Shown here in pieces: positions 26,818 to 33,784 of a stretch of 33,784 bases of DNA. The stretch is from the IMG/VR virus record IMGVR_UViG_3300020045_014749, positions 1-33,784 of that record, one strand, 5' to 3'. Within the stretch, counting starts at the first letter, position 1, and every line of letters begins with the position of its first letter. Both the position numbers and the translations under genes were made by a program. The notes under the pieces were generated by a model. It was given only the letters and a program-made list of their open reading frames with translations, was not told the DNA's origin and ran no database searches. Origin of the DNA: a virus (lineage: Duplodnaviria; Caudoviricetes).

Positions 26818-26920
26818 CCCCGTCGTTGATGCACGGGTTTTAGCGGGTTTTTCGAGGCAGTTTGCATTAAATAAACGGTCTCAAAACCAGTAAAAAGCGG
26901 CATTGGCGGAAAAACCTCTT

Positions 26921-26951
26921 TCCCCTTTAGCTCAGTTGGTAGAGCAGGTGA
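26921..26951 (+). tRNA. tRNA 5'-half fragment (Asn-like), probable attP homology; not a complete tRNA
   Basis: TCCCCTT-TA-GCTC-AGTTGGTA-GAGC-A-GGTGA = acceptor strand, D arm and 5' anticodon stem, then divergence. Asn is inferred from the TCC start; the anticodon is absent. Confidence 0.8.
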
Positions 26952-26971
26952 GCAGAGAGCAGAGAACTTTT

Positions 26972-27002
26972 AAGGCCCGGATCTTTTGATTCCGGGCCTT
27001 TT
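26972..27002. terminator. Bidirectional intrinsic terminator
   Basis: AAGGCCCGGA...TCCGGGCCTTTT at the 3' end of the convergent integrase. Confidence 0.75.
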
Positions 27003-28493
27003 CTATTTATCGAGGCGTTTCCCGCGATGTGCTGCCGGCAGGTTGATTTTTGCGGTGGTGGTGCCGTCCGGTCGGCGGGGGAATTTATACGTGACGACGG
27101 CGTGCATGTTGTAGATATCGATGCGGTCGATGATCAGCCGCAAAAATTCGCGCTGGTTGATTGTGTCCAGGAAGGTGAATTCTTCTCTGGTCAGGTCGAT
27201 ACTGCTCCAGTCGGGAGGATTGTGGATGTGGCCCACGATTTCATCCCGCTGCCGTTCCAGCGTCTCGATTCTGGTCTTGATTTCAGCCATGGCCTCTTTG
27301 GCGTCAGCCAGATCCATTACGCCGTTGGTGATGGCGCTGATAAGCCGGGCTTTCTTTTCCTGCGCTTTTTTGATTTCCGCGCTGTTATCCTTCAGCTCCT
27401 CCCCGCTGTTCCTCCTGGTCTGCTGATCATCCCAAATCTGTTTCAATTCTTCCAGGTCGTCAAGGGTGTTGAATACGTTCGTTATCACCGCGCTGTTGAC
27501 CACGTCCTGGGCGATCAGCCGGGCGCGTTCACATTTCTTGCGGGTGTCCTTGTTTTGGCAGCCGTAGTAGTTGATGCAGGTGCCGTCGGTCCGCGCTCTG
27601 GTATTTGTCCAGGTTTTGACGGTGCGTCCGCAGTAGCCGCAGAACATCAATTGCAGATTTGAAAGCAAGGCGGCAAATTCTTTCCTCACGCCGTTTTTGT
27701 TGTTGGTCCGGATGCGTCTGCTGCCCCGGATGCGTTTGGCCTGTTCTGCGGTCATCACCGGTTCCCAGTCGCATGCTATCGGTTCGCCTGTCTGCTGATC
27801 CGTTCGTAGCGCCTGATAAAACAACAGGCGGTCATCGGCCAGGCTCCGGCGGATGAATATTTCCGGTTTGCCGATTTCGAGTGCGATCGCCCTGGCGGAC
27901 ATGGTTTCGGTCATGGTCCAGATCTGCTCCATCTGTTTCAACAGGCCCTTGTCTACCACCGGCCGCCCCTGGGTTTTGTCGAGGACATAGGGCGGGGGGC
28001 AGCCGCCGCCGAGAAACTTCCCGGTTCGGTATGCTTCGTCCCGCCCCTCTTTCATTCTCCCCTGCAGCACCTTCATTTCGACCGAAGAGAAGCCCCCCTC
28101 CATCAGCAGCAGCATCCAGTCGCTGTGTTGCGCCGGGTCGAGGATCCGCGACATGGTGGCCAGTTTGACGCGGTGATCGGCGCAGAGGGTCAGCCAGGCG
28201 ATATAGTCCTGCATGGTATCGTCACGGGAGAGGCGGGACAGTTCGATGGTGAGGATGATGTTGACGCGCCCGGCGCGGATGTCGGTCTCGAGACGGGCGC
28301 GTTCCTTCAGGCTTTCGGTTTTGCCCTGGGCGGCGGAGGCGTGGCCGTCGTCATAGATGGTGGCGTGCCATCCCTGGACGGCGGCATGGGCCGGCAGTTG
28401 TTCGCGCTGGACGGTGAGGCGCTGGGAGGGTTTGTCCTTGTCCTCGCGGGATTTGCGGATGTAGATGGCGCACCGTGGCTGATTAAGGGTCAT
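27003..28493 (-). CDS. Large serine recombinase (phage integrase)
   Basis: AIYIRKS catalytic Ser, ELSRLSRD, recombinase domain, CGYCG...YYGC...C Zn ribbon, coiled coil. Confidence 0.93.
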   Translation of the reverse strand: MTLNQPRCAIYIRKSREDKDKPSQRLTVQREQLPAHAAVQGWHATIYDDGHASAAQGKTESLKERARLETDIRAGRVNIILTIELSRLSRDDTMQDYIAWLTLCADHRVKLATMSRILDPAQHSDWMLLLMEGGFSSVEMKVLQGRMKEGRDEAYRTGKFLGGGCPPPYVLDKTQGRPVVDKGLLKQMEQIWTMTETMSARAIALEIGKPEIFIRRSLADDRLLFYQALRTDQQTGEPIACDWEPVMTAEQAKRIRGSRRIRTNNKNGVRKEFAALLSNLQLMFCGYCGRTVKTWTNTRARTDGTCINYYGCQNKDTRKKCERARLIAQDVVNSAVITNVFNTLDDLEELKQIWDDQQTRRNSGEELKDNSAEIKKAQEKKARLISAITNGVMDLADAKEAMAEIKTRIETLERQRDEIVGHIHNPPDWSSIDLTREEFTFLDTINQREFLRLIIDRIDIYNMHAVVTYKFPRRPDGTTTAKINLPAAHRGKRLDK

Positions 28494-28494
28494 T

Positions 28495-29307
28495 TTAATA
28501 TCTGGCAAAGTCCGTTACTGTCCATTGGGTGATGGAGTCGTATTCGGATGTTGTCAGTGGCTCACCGAAGCTCACCCCGTAACCGAGCGATTGTCCCCCG
28601 TTGATGGCCGTATTGAGATCGCGGGAAAAAACTAGGGTGTCGGTTGCCGTAAGGGCGTTGACAGTCCAATGGAAGTTGATCCGGGTGGAAGAAAGGTTCT
28701 GAAACTGGAATCGTGTGGTGAAGTTCACTTTGTCGGCGGTTCTGAAATTTTCTACAGGCTCTATGTTGAGCAGTTGGACCGCGCCTGACGTCTCAGTGGC
28801 AATCGGTATGACCGGCGGTTGCTGCGGCTCTTCTGGCGTTGTGACTGGCTCAGCGGGCGGGTTTACCGGTTCTGCTTGTTGTAATGATATAAGCCCTACG
28901 GATTGTACCGTCCATGTTTCCGCTTGATATAGCAGTATGGCTGTAAACTGCTGCTGCTGATTGACGACTCGTGTTTCACCTGGCTGCACGGTTGTGGTTA
29001 TTACCGGGGCCAGCACTTCCAGGTTGTAGCGGTCGCGCCCGGAAAGGGTGACGCTAATCTCCTGCGGCGAAGTGCCGGAGTTGGTGATAGTGATACCGAA
29101 GTCAAGAGTGACGGTCTCTATCGATCGGGAAACCCCGGTGATTGTAAGCTCGGACGCCTGAATGCCTGTGGCCTGATCCGCGACAACCATCGCAACTTTA
29201 ACCGGTTTGGCGAAGTAGTCTAAGGTTTGCGTGGTAGCAACCGATGCGCTGCTGGATCCGCAAGCGGAAAGGAATAAACAAGCAGAAAGCAAAATGAAAT
29301 ATTTCAT
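28495..29307 (-). CDS. Lipoprotein (possible superinfection exclusion)
   Basis: GGGAGG RBS; MKYFILLSACLFLSAC lipobox; two beta-rich domains with a Pro-rich linker. Confidence 0.75.
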   Translation of the reverse strand: MKYFILLSACLFLSACGSSSASVATTQTLDYFAKPVKVAMVVADQATGIQASELTITGVSRSIETVTLDFGITITNSGTSPQEISVTLSGRDRYNLEVLAPVITTTVQPGETRVVNQQQQFTAILLYQAETWTVQSVGLISLQQAEPVNPPAEPVTTPEEPQQPPVIPIATETSGAVQLLNIEPVENFRTADKVNFTTRFQFQNLSSTRINFHWTVNALTATDTLVFSRDLNTAINGGQSLGYGVSFGEPLTTSEYDSITQWTVTDFARY

Positions 29308-29326
29308 ATGAACCTCCCAACTATCA

Positions 29327-30022
29327 TTAAATGAATTCTCCATCAAACTTACAAATTTCTTTTCTTATGAATCGTCTTATATCTTCTTTGTCTGGGTTAT
29401 TTGAAGAGTTGCGGGTCCAAACATCTTTCAACGGATTGTATCCATATTTGATGCCGTTGTAATAAATGTCCATCCACACACCATTCCCATCATTGAAATC
29501 ATTTAAACCTATTTCCGTAAAGACGGCGGCAGGAGCATCGTCTATTAAAATCATATACCTCATGTCTTTAGCAATAAAGCCTCTGCCGTTTAAGTCCAGT
29601 TTTTCAATCTCTTGTTGAAAGACCGAATAATATAAAAATATTTCTGGGTCTTGTATTATTGTTTTTATTAAATGTTTGCAAAATCTACGAGGGTCGGTGA
29701 CATCAAAGGTAGACCTCGAACTTATAAAATCAGGGCAACTGCACGTAAGGGTATTCTTGTCGACAAAGTATTTATGTGCAGGATTAGTAAAGCTTTCGAC
29801 TGTGACGATTTCATGATTTATATCTATTGAATTAGTCTCCGGGCGGGCTTGATACAAGGTATTGTTGAGAGGTTGCTGTGGCATATTTCCTGCCACTTTC
29901 ATGATTGCGCCACAAACACACATACATATGAGTGCGCCGAGACCTCCCCATAAAAGGGCTCCAATTCCAGCACCAAGTATAACAGCCGCTATAAAATAGA
30001 AAACATTCATATAACCTGCCAT
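29327..30022 (-). CDS. Membrane-anchored SWIM zinc-finger protein
   Basis: N-terminal TM hairpin; TCSCPDF...FCKH; AT-rich. Confidence 0.7.
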   Translation of the reverse strand: MAGYMNVFYFIAAVILGAGIGALLWGGLGALICMCVCGAIMKVAGNMPQQPLNNTLYQARPETNSIDINHEIVTVESFTNPAHKYFVDKNTLTCSCPDFISSRSTFDVTDPRRFCKHLIKTIIQDPEIFLYYSVFQQEIEKLDLNGRGFIAKDMRYMILIDDAPAAVFTEIGLNDFNDGNGVWMDIYYNGIKYGYNPLKDVWTRNSSNNPDKEDIRRFIRKEICKFDGEFI

Positions 30023-30038
30023 CCAAGCCGCACCATTT

Positions 30039-30569
30039 CTAGGCGCAATTCATATCCGCTGATTCGCCGCCCCTGTGCCCGTTTTCGTGCGATTCTTTCC
30101 GCGCTAAAACCATATCCTCAGCATCCTCAATTAATCTCTCTTGGCGCCGTCCATCCAGTTTACGAAATGCTTTCAAAAGTCTCTGTTCATCTTCGGTCAT
30201 CGTTTCCGGTGCTGCGGGTGGCTGGTGGATCTCTATCACCTGAAAGCGTTTTTCAAGGCCGAACCGCTCGATGATACTCTCCGCTGTTTGGAGGGCGTTC
30301 TTTTCGGTTTCGGCCAACGGGTAAGTAATCTCCGGCTTTTTCTCTGGCTCGTTGGTGGACCCCCCCTGCCCGTAAAGAAGCCAATCGGCGCTTTTCCTAC
30401 TCAACTCTATAATTCGTGCAAGGGTTTGAGCTTTTGGCCATGCTAATCCATTTTCGTAGTTGGAAATCATGTTAGAGCTTACACCAACAATTTTTCCGAA
30501 CGCGGATCCGCTTCTATCGCCTCTGACTTGCTTAATTCGCTCGCCTATTTGTACTAAATTAAATCTCAT
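30039..30569 (-). CDS. CI-like repressor (XRE HTH)
   Basis: IGERIKQVR...ISNYENG...ADWLLYG; divergent from the cro-like gene. Confidence 0.85.
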   Translation of the reverse strand: MRFNLVQIGERIKQVRGDRSGSAFGKIVGVSSNMISNYENGLAWPKAQTLARIIELSRKSADWLLYGQGGSTNEPEKKPEITYPLAETEKNALQTAESIIERFGLEKRFQVIEIHQPPAAPETMTEDEQRLLKAFRKLDGRRQERLIEDAEDMVLARKESHENGHRGGESADMNCA

Positions 30570-30705
30570 AGTTTCTTTTTATATTATTATTTCCGTTTTG
30601 TAAAACACTTCCCATATTAAAGTAACTCATTGTTAATTTTAACATAAAACAGAATAATCAAGACCTGCAGCGACCATTATTTTCTGCCATACGTGATTAT
30701 TTGTG

Positions 30706-30750
30706 TTGACATCCCATTTAACGGGATGTATATATCTCATAAAACGGGAT
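30706..30750 (+). promoter_or_regulatory. Rightward lytic promoter with two 17-bp operators
   Basis: TTGACA at 30706 and a TATATA-like -10 at 30729; ATCCCATTTAACGGGAT (30711-30727) and ATCTCATAAAACGGGAT (30734-30750). Confidence 0.75.
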
Positions 30751-30788
30751 TGAGTTATGCCAAAGCAAAAAAAAAGGAAGTGTGAACC

Positions 30789-31361
30789 ATGACACTCGGA
30801 AAGAAAATATTAGCTGCACGTAAACGGAAAGGCATGACCCTGGATGATCTGAGCACGATCATTGGCATGTCCCGTACAAATCTCTCAGTAATCGAAAACG
30901 ACGGACTTCAATCCGGCCCCGCCCCCGCTACCCTGATCCGCATTGCCGAGGCGCTCGACTGCATCGAAATCCTCATTCACCACTGCGACCTTTGCCCGAT
31001 CCGCCAGCACATCATGCTCAAAAAATACCCCGACCTGAACAACATCCGCACCGATCCGGCCGTCATTGCTGCGCGCCTGGCCAAAGAAATGAGCGAAGGG
31101 GCCGCGGCTTTGACCCGTCTGATGGAGCGGTTTTCAGACAAGGACTTCAATACCCGCTCCGATTACATGGCCACGTTTGTCAAGGAATTCGAGCAGGTGG
31201 TTGACGTGGAGCGGGGGATTGAGATCCTCAAGTTTGAGCTGCTTCGCTCCGGACTACATACGCAGGATGATTTGCGGTCGGTAGAAGAGGCCCAGCAGCA
31301 AAAGTGCGTTGATCACGGGCACCATGTACAGGCACAAAAACCGGACGGTTCGGAGGAATAA
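30789..31361 (+). CDS. Cro-like XRE HTH protein with C-terminal extension
   Basis: LGKKILAARKRKGMTLDDLS...LSVIEN; HCDLCP. Confidence 0.8.
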   Translation: MTLGKKILAARKRKGMTLDDLSTIIGMSRTNLSVIENDGLQSGPAPATLIRIAEALDCIEILIHHCDLCPIRQHIMLKKYPDLNNIRTDPAVIAARLAKEMSEGAAALTRLMERFSDKDFNTRSDYMATFVKEFEQVVDVERGIEILKFELLRSGLHTQDDLRSVEEAQQQKCVDHGHHVQAQKPDGSEE

Positions 31362-31364
31362 GCC

Positions 31365-31646
31365 ATGGCAAACGGCAGATTGAACATAAAACAGCTGACA
31401 GAAATCATGTATGACGCCCGGATCGATGCCGAAAAAGAACTGGCGGCGGCGCAGGATTATGAACAGTTCCAATATGCCGCCGGTCGGGCGCGCGGGGCCA
31501 GCTATGTGCTTCATTCGGTTGTATTGGCGGCCTTCGGATTGCCCCATGAAGCGAGGGGAATGTTCATTCAATACACGGAATATGCCGCATACATCAACGC
31601 GCGGATCGGCTTCCACCTGGCCCGCATTATCGGGGTAAAACAATGA
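31365..31646 (+). CDS. Hypothetical early protein
   Basis: GGAGGA RBS, operon packing. Confidence 0.6.
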   Translation: MANGRLNIKQLTEIMYDARIDAEKELAAAQDYEQFQYAAGRARGASYVLHSVVLAAFGLPHEARGMFIQYTEYAAYINARIGFHLARIIGVKQ

Positions 31647-31781
31647 ACCGCTCCAAAAAGAAGAGTGGGATGCTGGAATCCTATAACACGGCCTGGACGG
31701 ACCAGCAGCGGGCCAGCTGGCAGGCGGTGGGTGCGTTTATAGCGAGGATGCGGCTGGCCGTGGCGAAACAGCAGGTGACCC

Positions 31782-31964
31782 ATGCTCTCAACAGATCCTC
31801 CGCCTCGTCCCCCTTGTGACGATTGCCGCGCGGTGGTGCGGTGCCTGATGCGCGGGGCGCTGTGTCGGGATCTGATTTGCGCCTGGCTGCAGGATCAGCC
31901 GCCCAGGGGTTGTGAGTTTCATGTTGCGGATAATTATCACGGGTTGGAAGGGGTACGGCGATGA
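31782..31964 (+). CDS. Small Cys-rich hypothetical protein
   Basis: AGGTGA RBS; ATGA coupling to the next ORF. Confidence 0.45.
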   Translation: MLSTDPPPRPPCDDCRAVVRCLMRGALCRDLICAWLQDQPPRGCEFHVADNYHGLEGVRR

Positions 31965-32146
31965 GGATTAATTTTGTTGAGGCGTTGGTGTTGTGGATTA
32001 TCTTTTTGTGTTGCGTCGCCAGCGGGGCTCATTCGTTTATTAATTATGCAATCCCGCTCTCGATCCAGGAGCAGCGGGCGCAAATGGCACCTACTCTGGA
32101 CACGCTCTCCGCTTTAGGGTTGGCTGCCGACCGGGGGCGCAAATGA
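31961..32146 (+). CDS. Small membrane hypothetical protein
   Basis: Hydrophobic N-terminus; ATGA overlaps at both ends. Confidence 0.5.
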   Translation: MRINFVEALVLWIIFLCCVASGAHSFINYAIPLSIQEQRAQMAPTLDTLSALGLAADRGRK

Positions 32147-32325
32147 GCCCGGGCTGGATCGGTTTTATCTGTGGTTTGATTGTCGGCGCCCCAGTCGGGA
32201 TAATCGTCCTGGCGCTCTGTATCGTTGCCAAGCGCGCCGATGGGGATATCGAGCGGCTGTTCAGCGGTGTTGTGCCGGATGAGCGGCCTAAAAACACCCT
32301 GCCGCCACGTTTGCCGAGGTACTGA
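32143..32325 (+). CDS. Small membrane hypothetical protein
   Basis: FICGLIVGAPVGIIVLALCIVAKRAD, a typical small phage TM protein. Confidence 0.6.
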   Translation: MSPGWIGFICGLIVGAPVGIIVLALCIVAKRADGDIERLFSGVVPDERPKNTLPPRLPRY

Positions 32326-32370
32326 CGGTCCCATGCGTCCACGCTGCCCGCATTGCCAGGGGTTGGTTGA

Positions 32371-32805
32371 GCACGAGCCCGCGCGAACGCGACCAGCTTC
32401 AAAAAAGGGAGCATCCCGCCGAACCGGAAACCGCTCTGGGACGAGCGCATCTGCCCTAAAGATGGCTTCATCTTGATGAAGGTTCCAGAACGGGATCCGC
32501 ACACCGGTTTCCCGACCCGCTACAAGCACAAGCACGTCTGGATCTGGGAGCAGTCAAACGGCCCGGTACCGGAAGGAATGGCGGTGGTATTCATCGATGC
32601 GGACAAACAAAACTGCAACCTCGACAACCTGATGCTGGTCACCCGCAATGAGTTGCTGCTGCTCAACCTGCACAAATACAAGGATCAGCCGGCCGAGATC
32701 CGCCCGTCGATACTGGCTCTGGCCAAGGTCGAAGCCGCCGCCGGCTTCCGAACCATGGGCCGTGTTCCTGGTGCTGGCCGCAAGAAAAAGGAGTCCCAAC
32801 CATGA
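32371..32805 (+). pseudogene. HNH endonuclease (HNH_3-like), N-terminally broken
   Basis: TSFKKGSIPPNRKP...ERI...DGF...KHVWIWEQSNGPVP...FIDADKQNCNLDNL. There is an in-frame TGA at 32368 and no start codon until 32473. Confidence 0.6.
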
Positions 32806-33074
32806 GCGGACTGCTCAAGTTTTTCCCCCGTACCCGGTTTGTCGATGAGAACGACATCGTTGACCAGCTCCGGCATGTGCGATCGGAGTCGAACGAGGCC
32901 ATGGATGCGTTTGTCGATAACGAGAGCGCCGTCCGGATCGCCGAGGAACTGATCGATACGATGGGCTCTTCGGTATCCGGCTTGCGGATCCTGGCCGAAA
33001 AGCACGGGGTCGATGTCGCCGCGGTGCATGACTATGTGATCGAGAAGAATCGTGTCAGGGGGTATTACTCGTGA
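32802..33074 (+). CDS. MazG-like (all-alpha NTP pyrophosphatase) small protein
   Basis: ExxE...EExxD pattern (ESNE...EELID); AAGGAG RBS. Confidence 0.5.
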   Translation: MSGLLKFFPRTRFVDENDIVDQLRHVRSESNEAMDAFVDNESAVRIAEELIDTMGSSVSGLRILAEKHGVDVAAVHDYVIEKNRVRGYYS

Positions 33075-33427
33075 GCCTGTTGGCCGCCATGCCGGGTCTG
33101 TCCGTGCACGCCCCAAAAGCCCCCGCCCCGGTTGTCGTTGCGTTTGATGACGCCGCCGCCCACGATATCGTCCGGCAGGCGGTCAGGGATGTCGCCGCGG
33201 CGTTTCCCGCTCCTGATCCCTGGGGATGGCTTGCGGCTAATCGGCCGGAGGTCATCGTGGAGCTGAAGCGGGTCGGCAAGGCCATGGGCACGGCGCATTT
33301 GTCCCTGGATATCGACACCGTCAAGGCCTCCGCCGCGACGTTCGTGCAGTACCATTTGAAGGCCTGGAAGATATACGAGCTGCGCCCGCCGGTGATAGAG
33401 GTTCAAGGGAATCTGCTGGCGACGTAG
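33071..33427 (+). CDS. Hypothetical protein
   Basis: GTGA overlap with the previous stop. Confidence 0.55.
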   Translation: MSLLAAMPGLSVHAPKAPAPVVVAFDDAAAHDIVRQAVRDVAAAFPAPDPWGWLAANRPEVIVELKRVGKAMGTAHLSLDIDTVKASAATFVQYHLKAWKIYELRPPVIEVQGNLLAT

Positions 33428-33462
33428 GCTTTACCATTCAATGCAATAACCAGGAGCGGCGT

Positions 33463-33784
33463 TTGAGATTTTGTGAAGAGCACATGACGGAGGATCAGCG
33501 GGCGGAGATTGCACGGGGTCTGTTTGTGGTCAAGGAAGTGATGGCGAACAAGGGCGAACTCCACGGCCTCTGTCCTGCCCATGACGACCGCAACAAGCCG
33601 TCATATTCATACAATTACAAAAAAGACATGGGTAACTGCATGGCCTGCGGTTTCAAGGGCGACCTGGTTGACCTGTGGTGTCACGTCAACGGCCATTCCC
33701 GCGATAAGGGGGGCTTCAAGGCGTTCTGCCAGGCGTTCAATATCGAGAAAGAGCGCGATTCATCCCCTTCAAGACCGGCCGGAA
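33463..33784 (+). CDS. DNA primase, CHC2 zinc-finger N-terminus (runs off the window)
   Basis: Not in the ORF track; AGGAG RBS, TTG start; GLCPAHDDRNKPS...NCMACGFKGDLVDL. Confidence 0.85.
   Translation, partial: MRFCEEHMTEDQRAEIARGLFVVKEVMANKGELHGLCPAHDDRNKPSYSYNYKKDMGNCMACGFKGDLVDLWCHVNGHSRDKGGFKAFCQAFNIEKERDSSPSRPAG

Larger units (their letters stand above)
1..33784. mobile_element. Temperate tailed phage genome (siphovirus-like), incomplete at both window edges
   Basis: Continuous terminase, portal, protease, capsid, lysis, tail, integrase, repressor/cro and primase genes; no host housekeeping genes seen. Confidence 0.95.

Noticed and set aside
26921-26995. Complete tRNA gene
   Set aside because: No anticodon loop, T arm (GTTCGA) or 3' acceptor strand

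Overview
The window is most of a temperate siphovirus-type phage genome. The order tail - att - integrase - repressor - cro - primase suggests the excised/circular form (or a tandem prophage). It has a lambda-like packaging/portal/protease module, a Mu gpT-like capsid, an internal lysis cassette, a long non-contractile tail module, a large serine integrase next to a tRNA 5'-half (probable attP), and a CI/Cro switch. The standout is an apparently complete integron inside the phage at 801-3805. It comprises an intact IntI-type tyrosine recombinase whose stop overlaps the terminase small-subunit start, an attI-like site, two attC hairpins and three gene cassettes whose ends are self-complementary. 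The cassette ORFs (including thyX) run opposite to the att-site polarity, i.e. with the phage operon. Other notable signals are mirror-image acidic/basic hexapeptide repeats in the tail-tip protein, a promoter-driven tRNA 5'-half at attP, helix-phased repeats at a probable late promoter, and three REP-like elements. All calls were made by eye from motifs and synteny; no searches were run.
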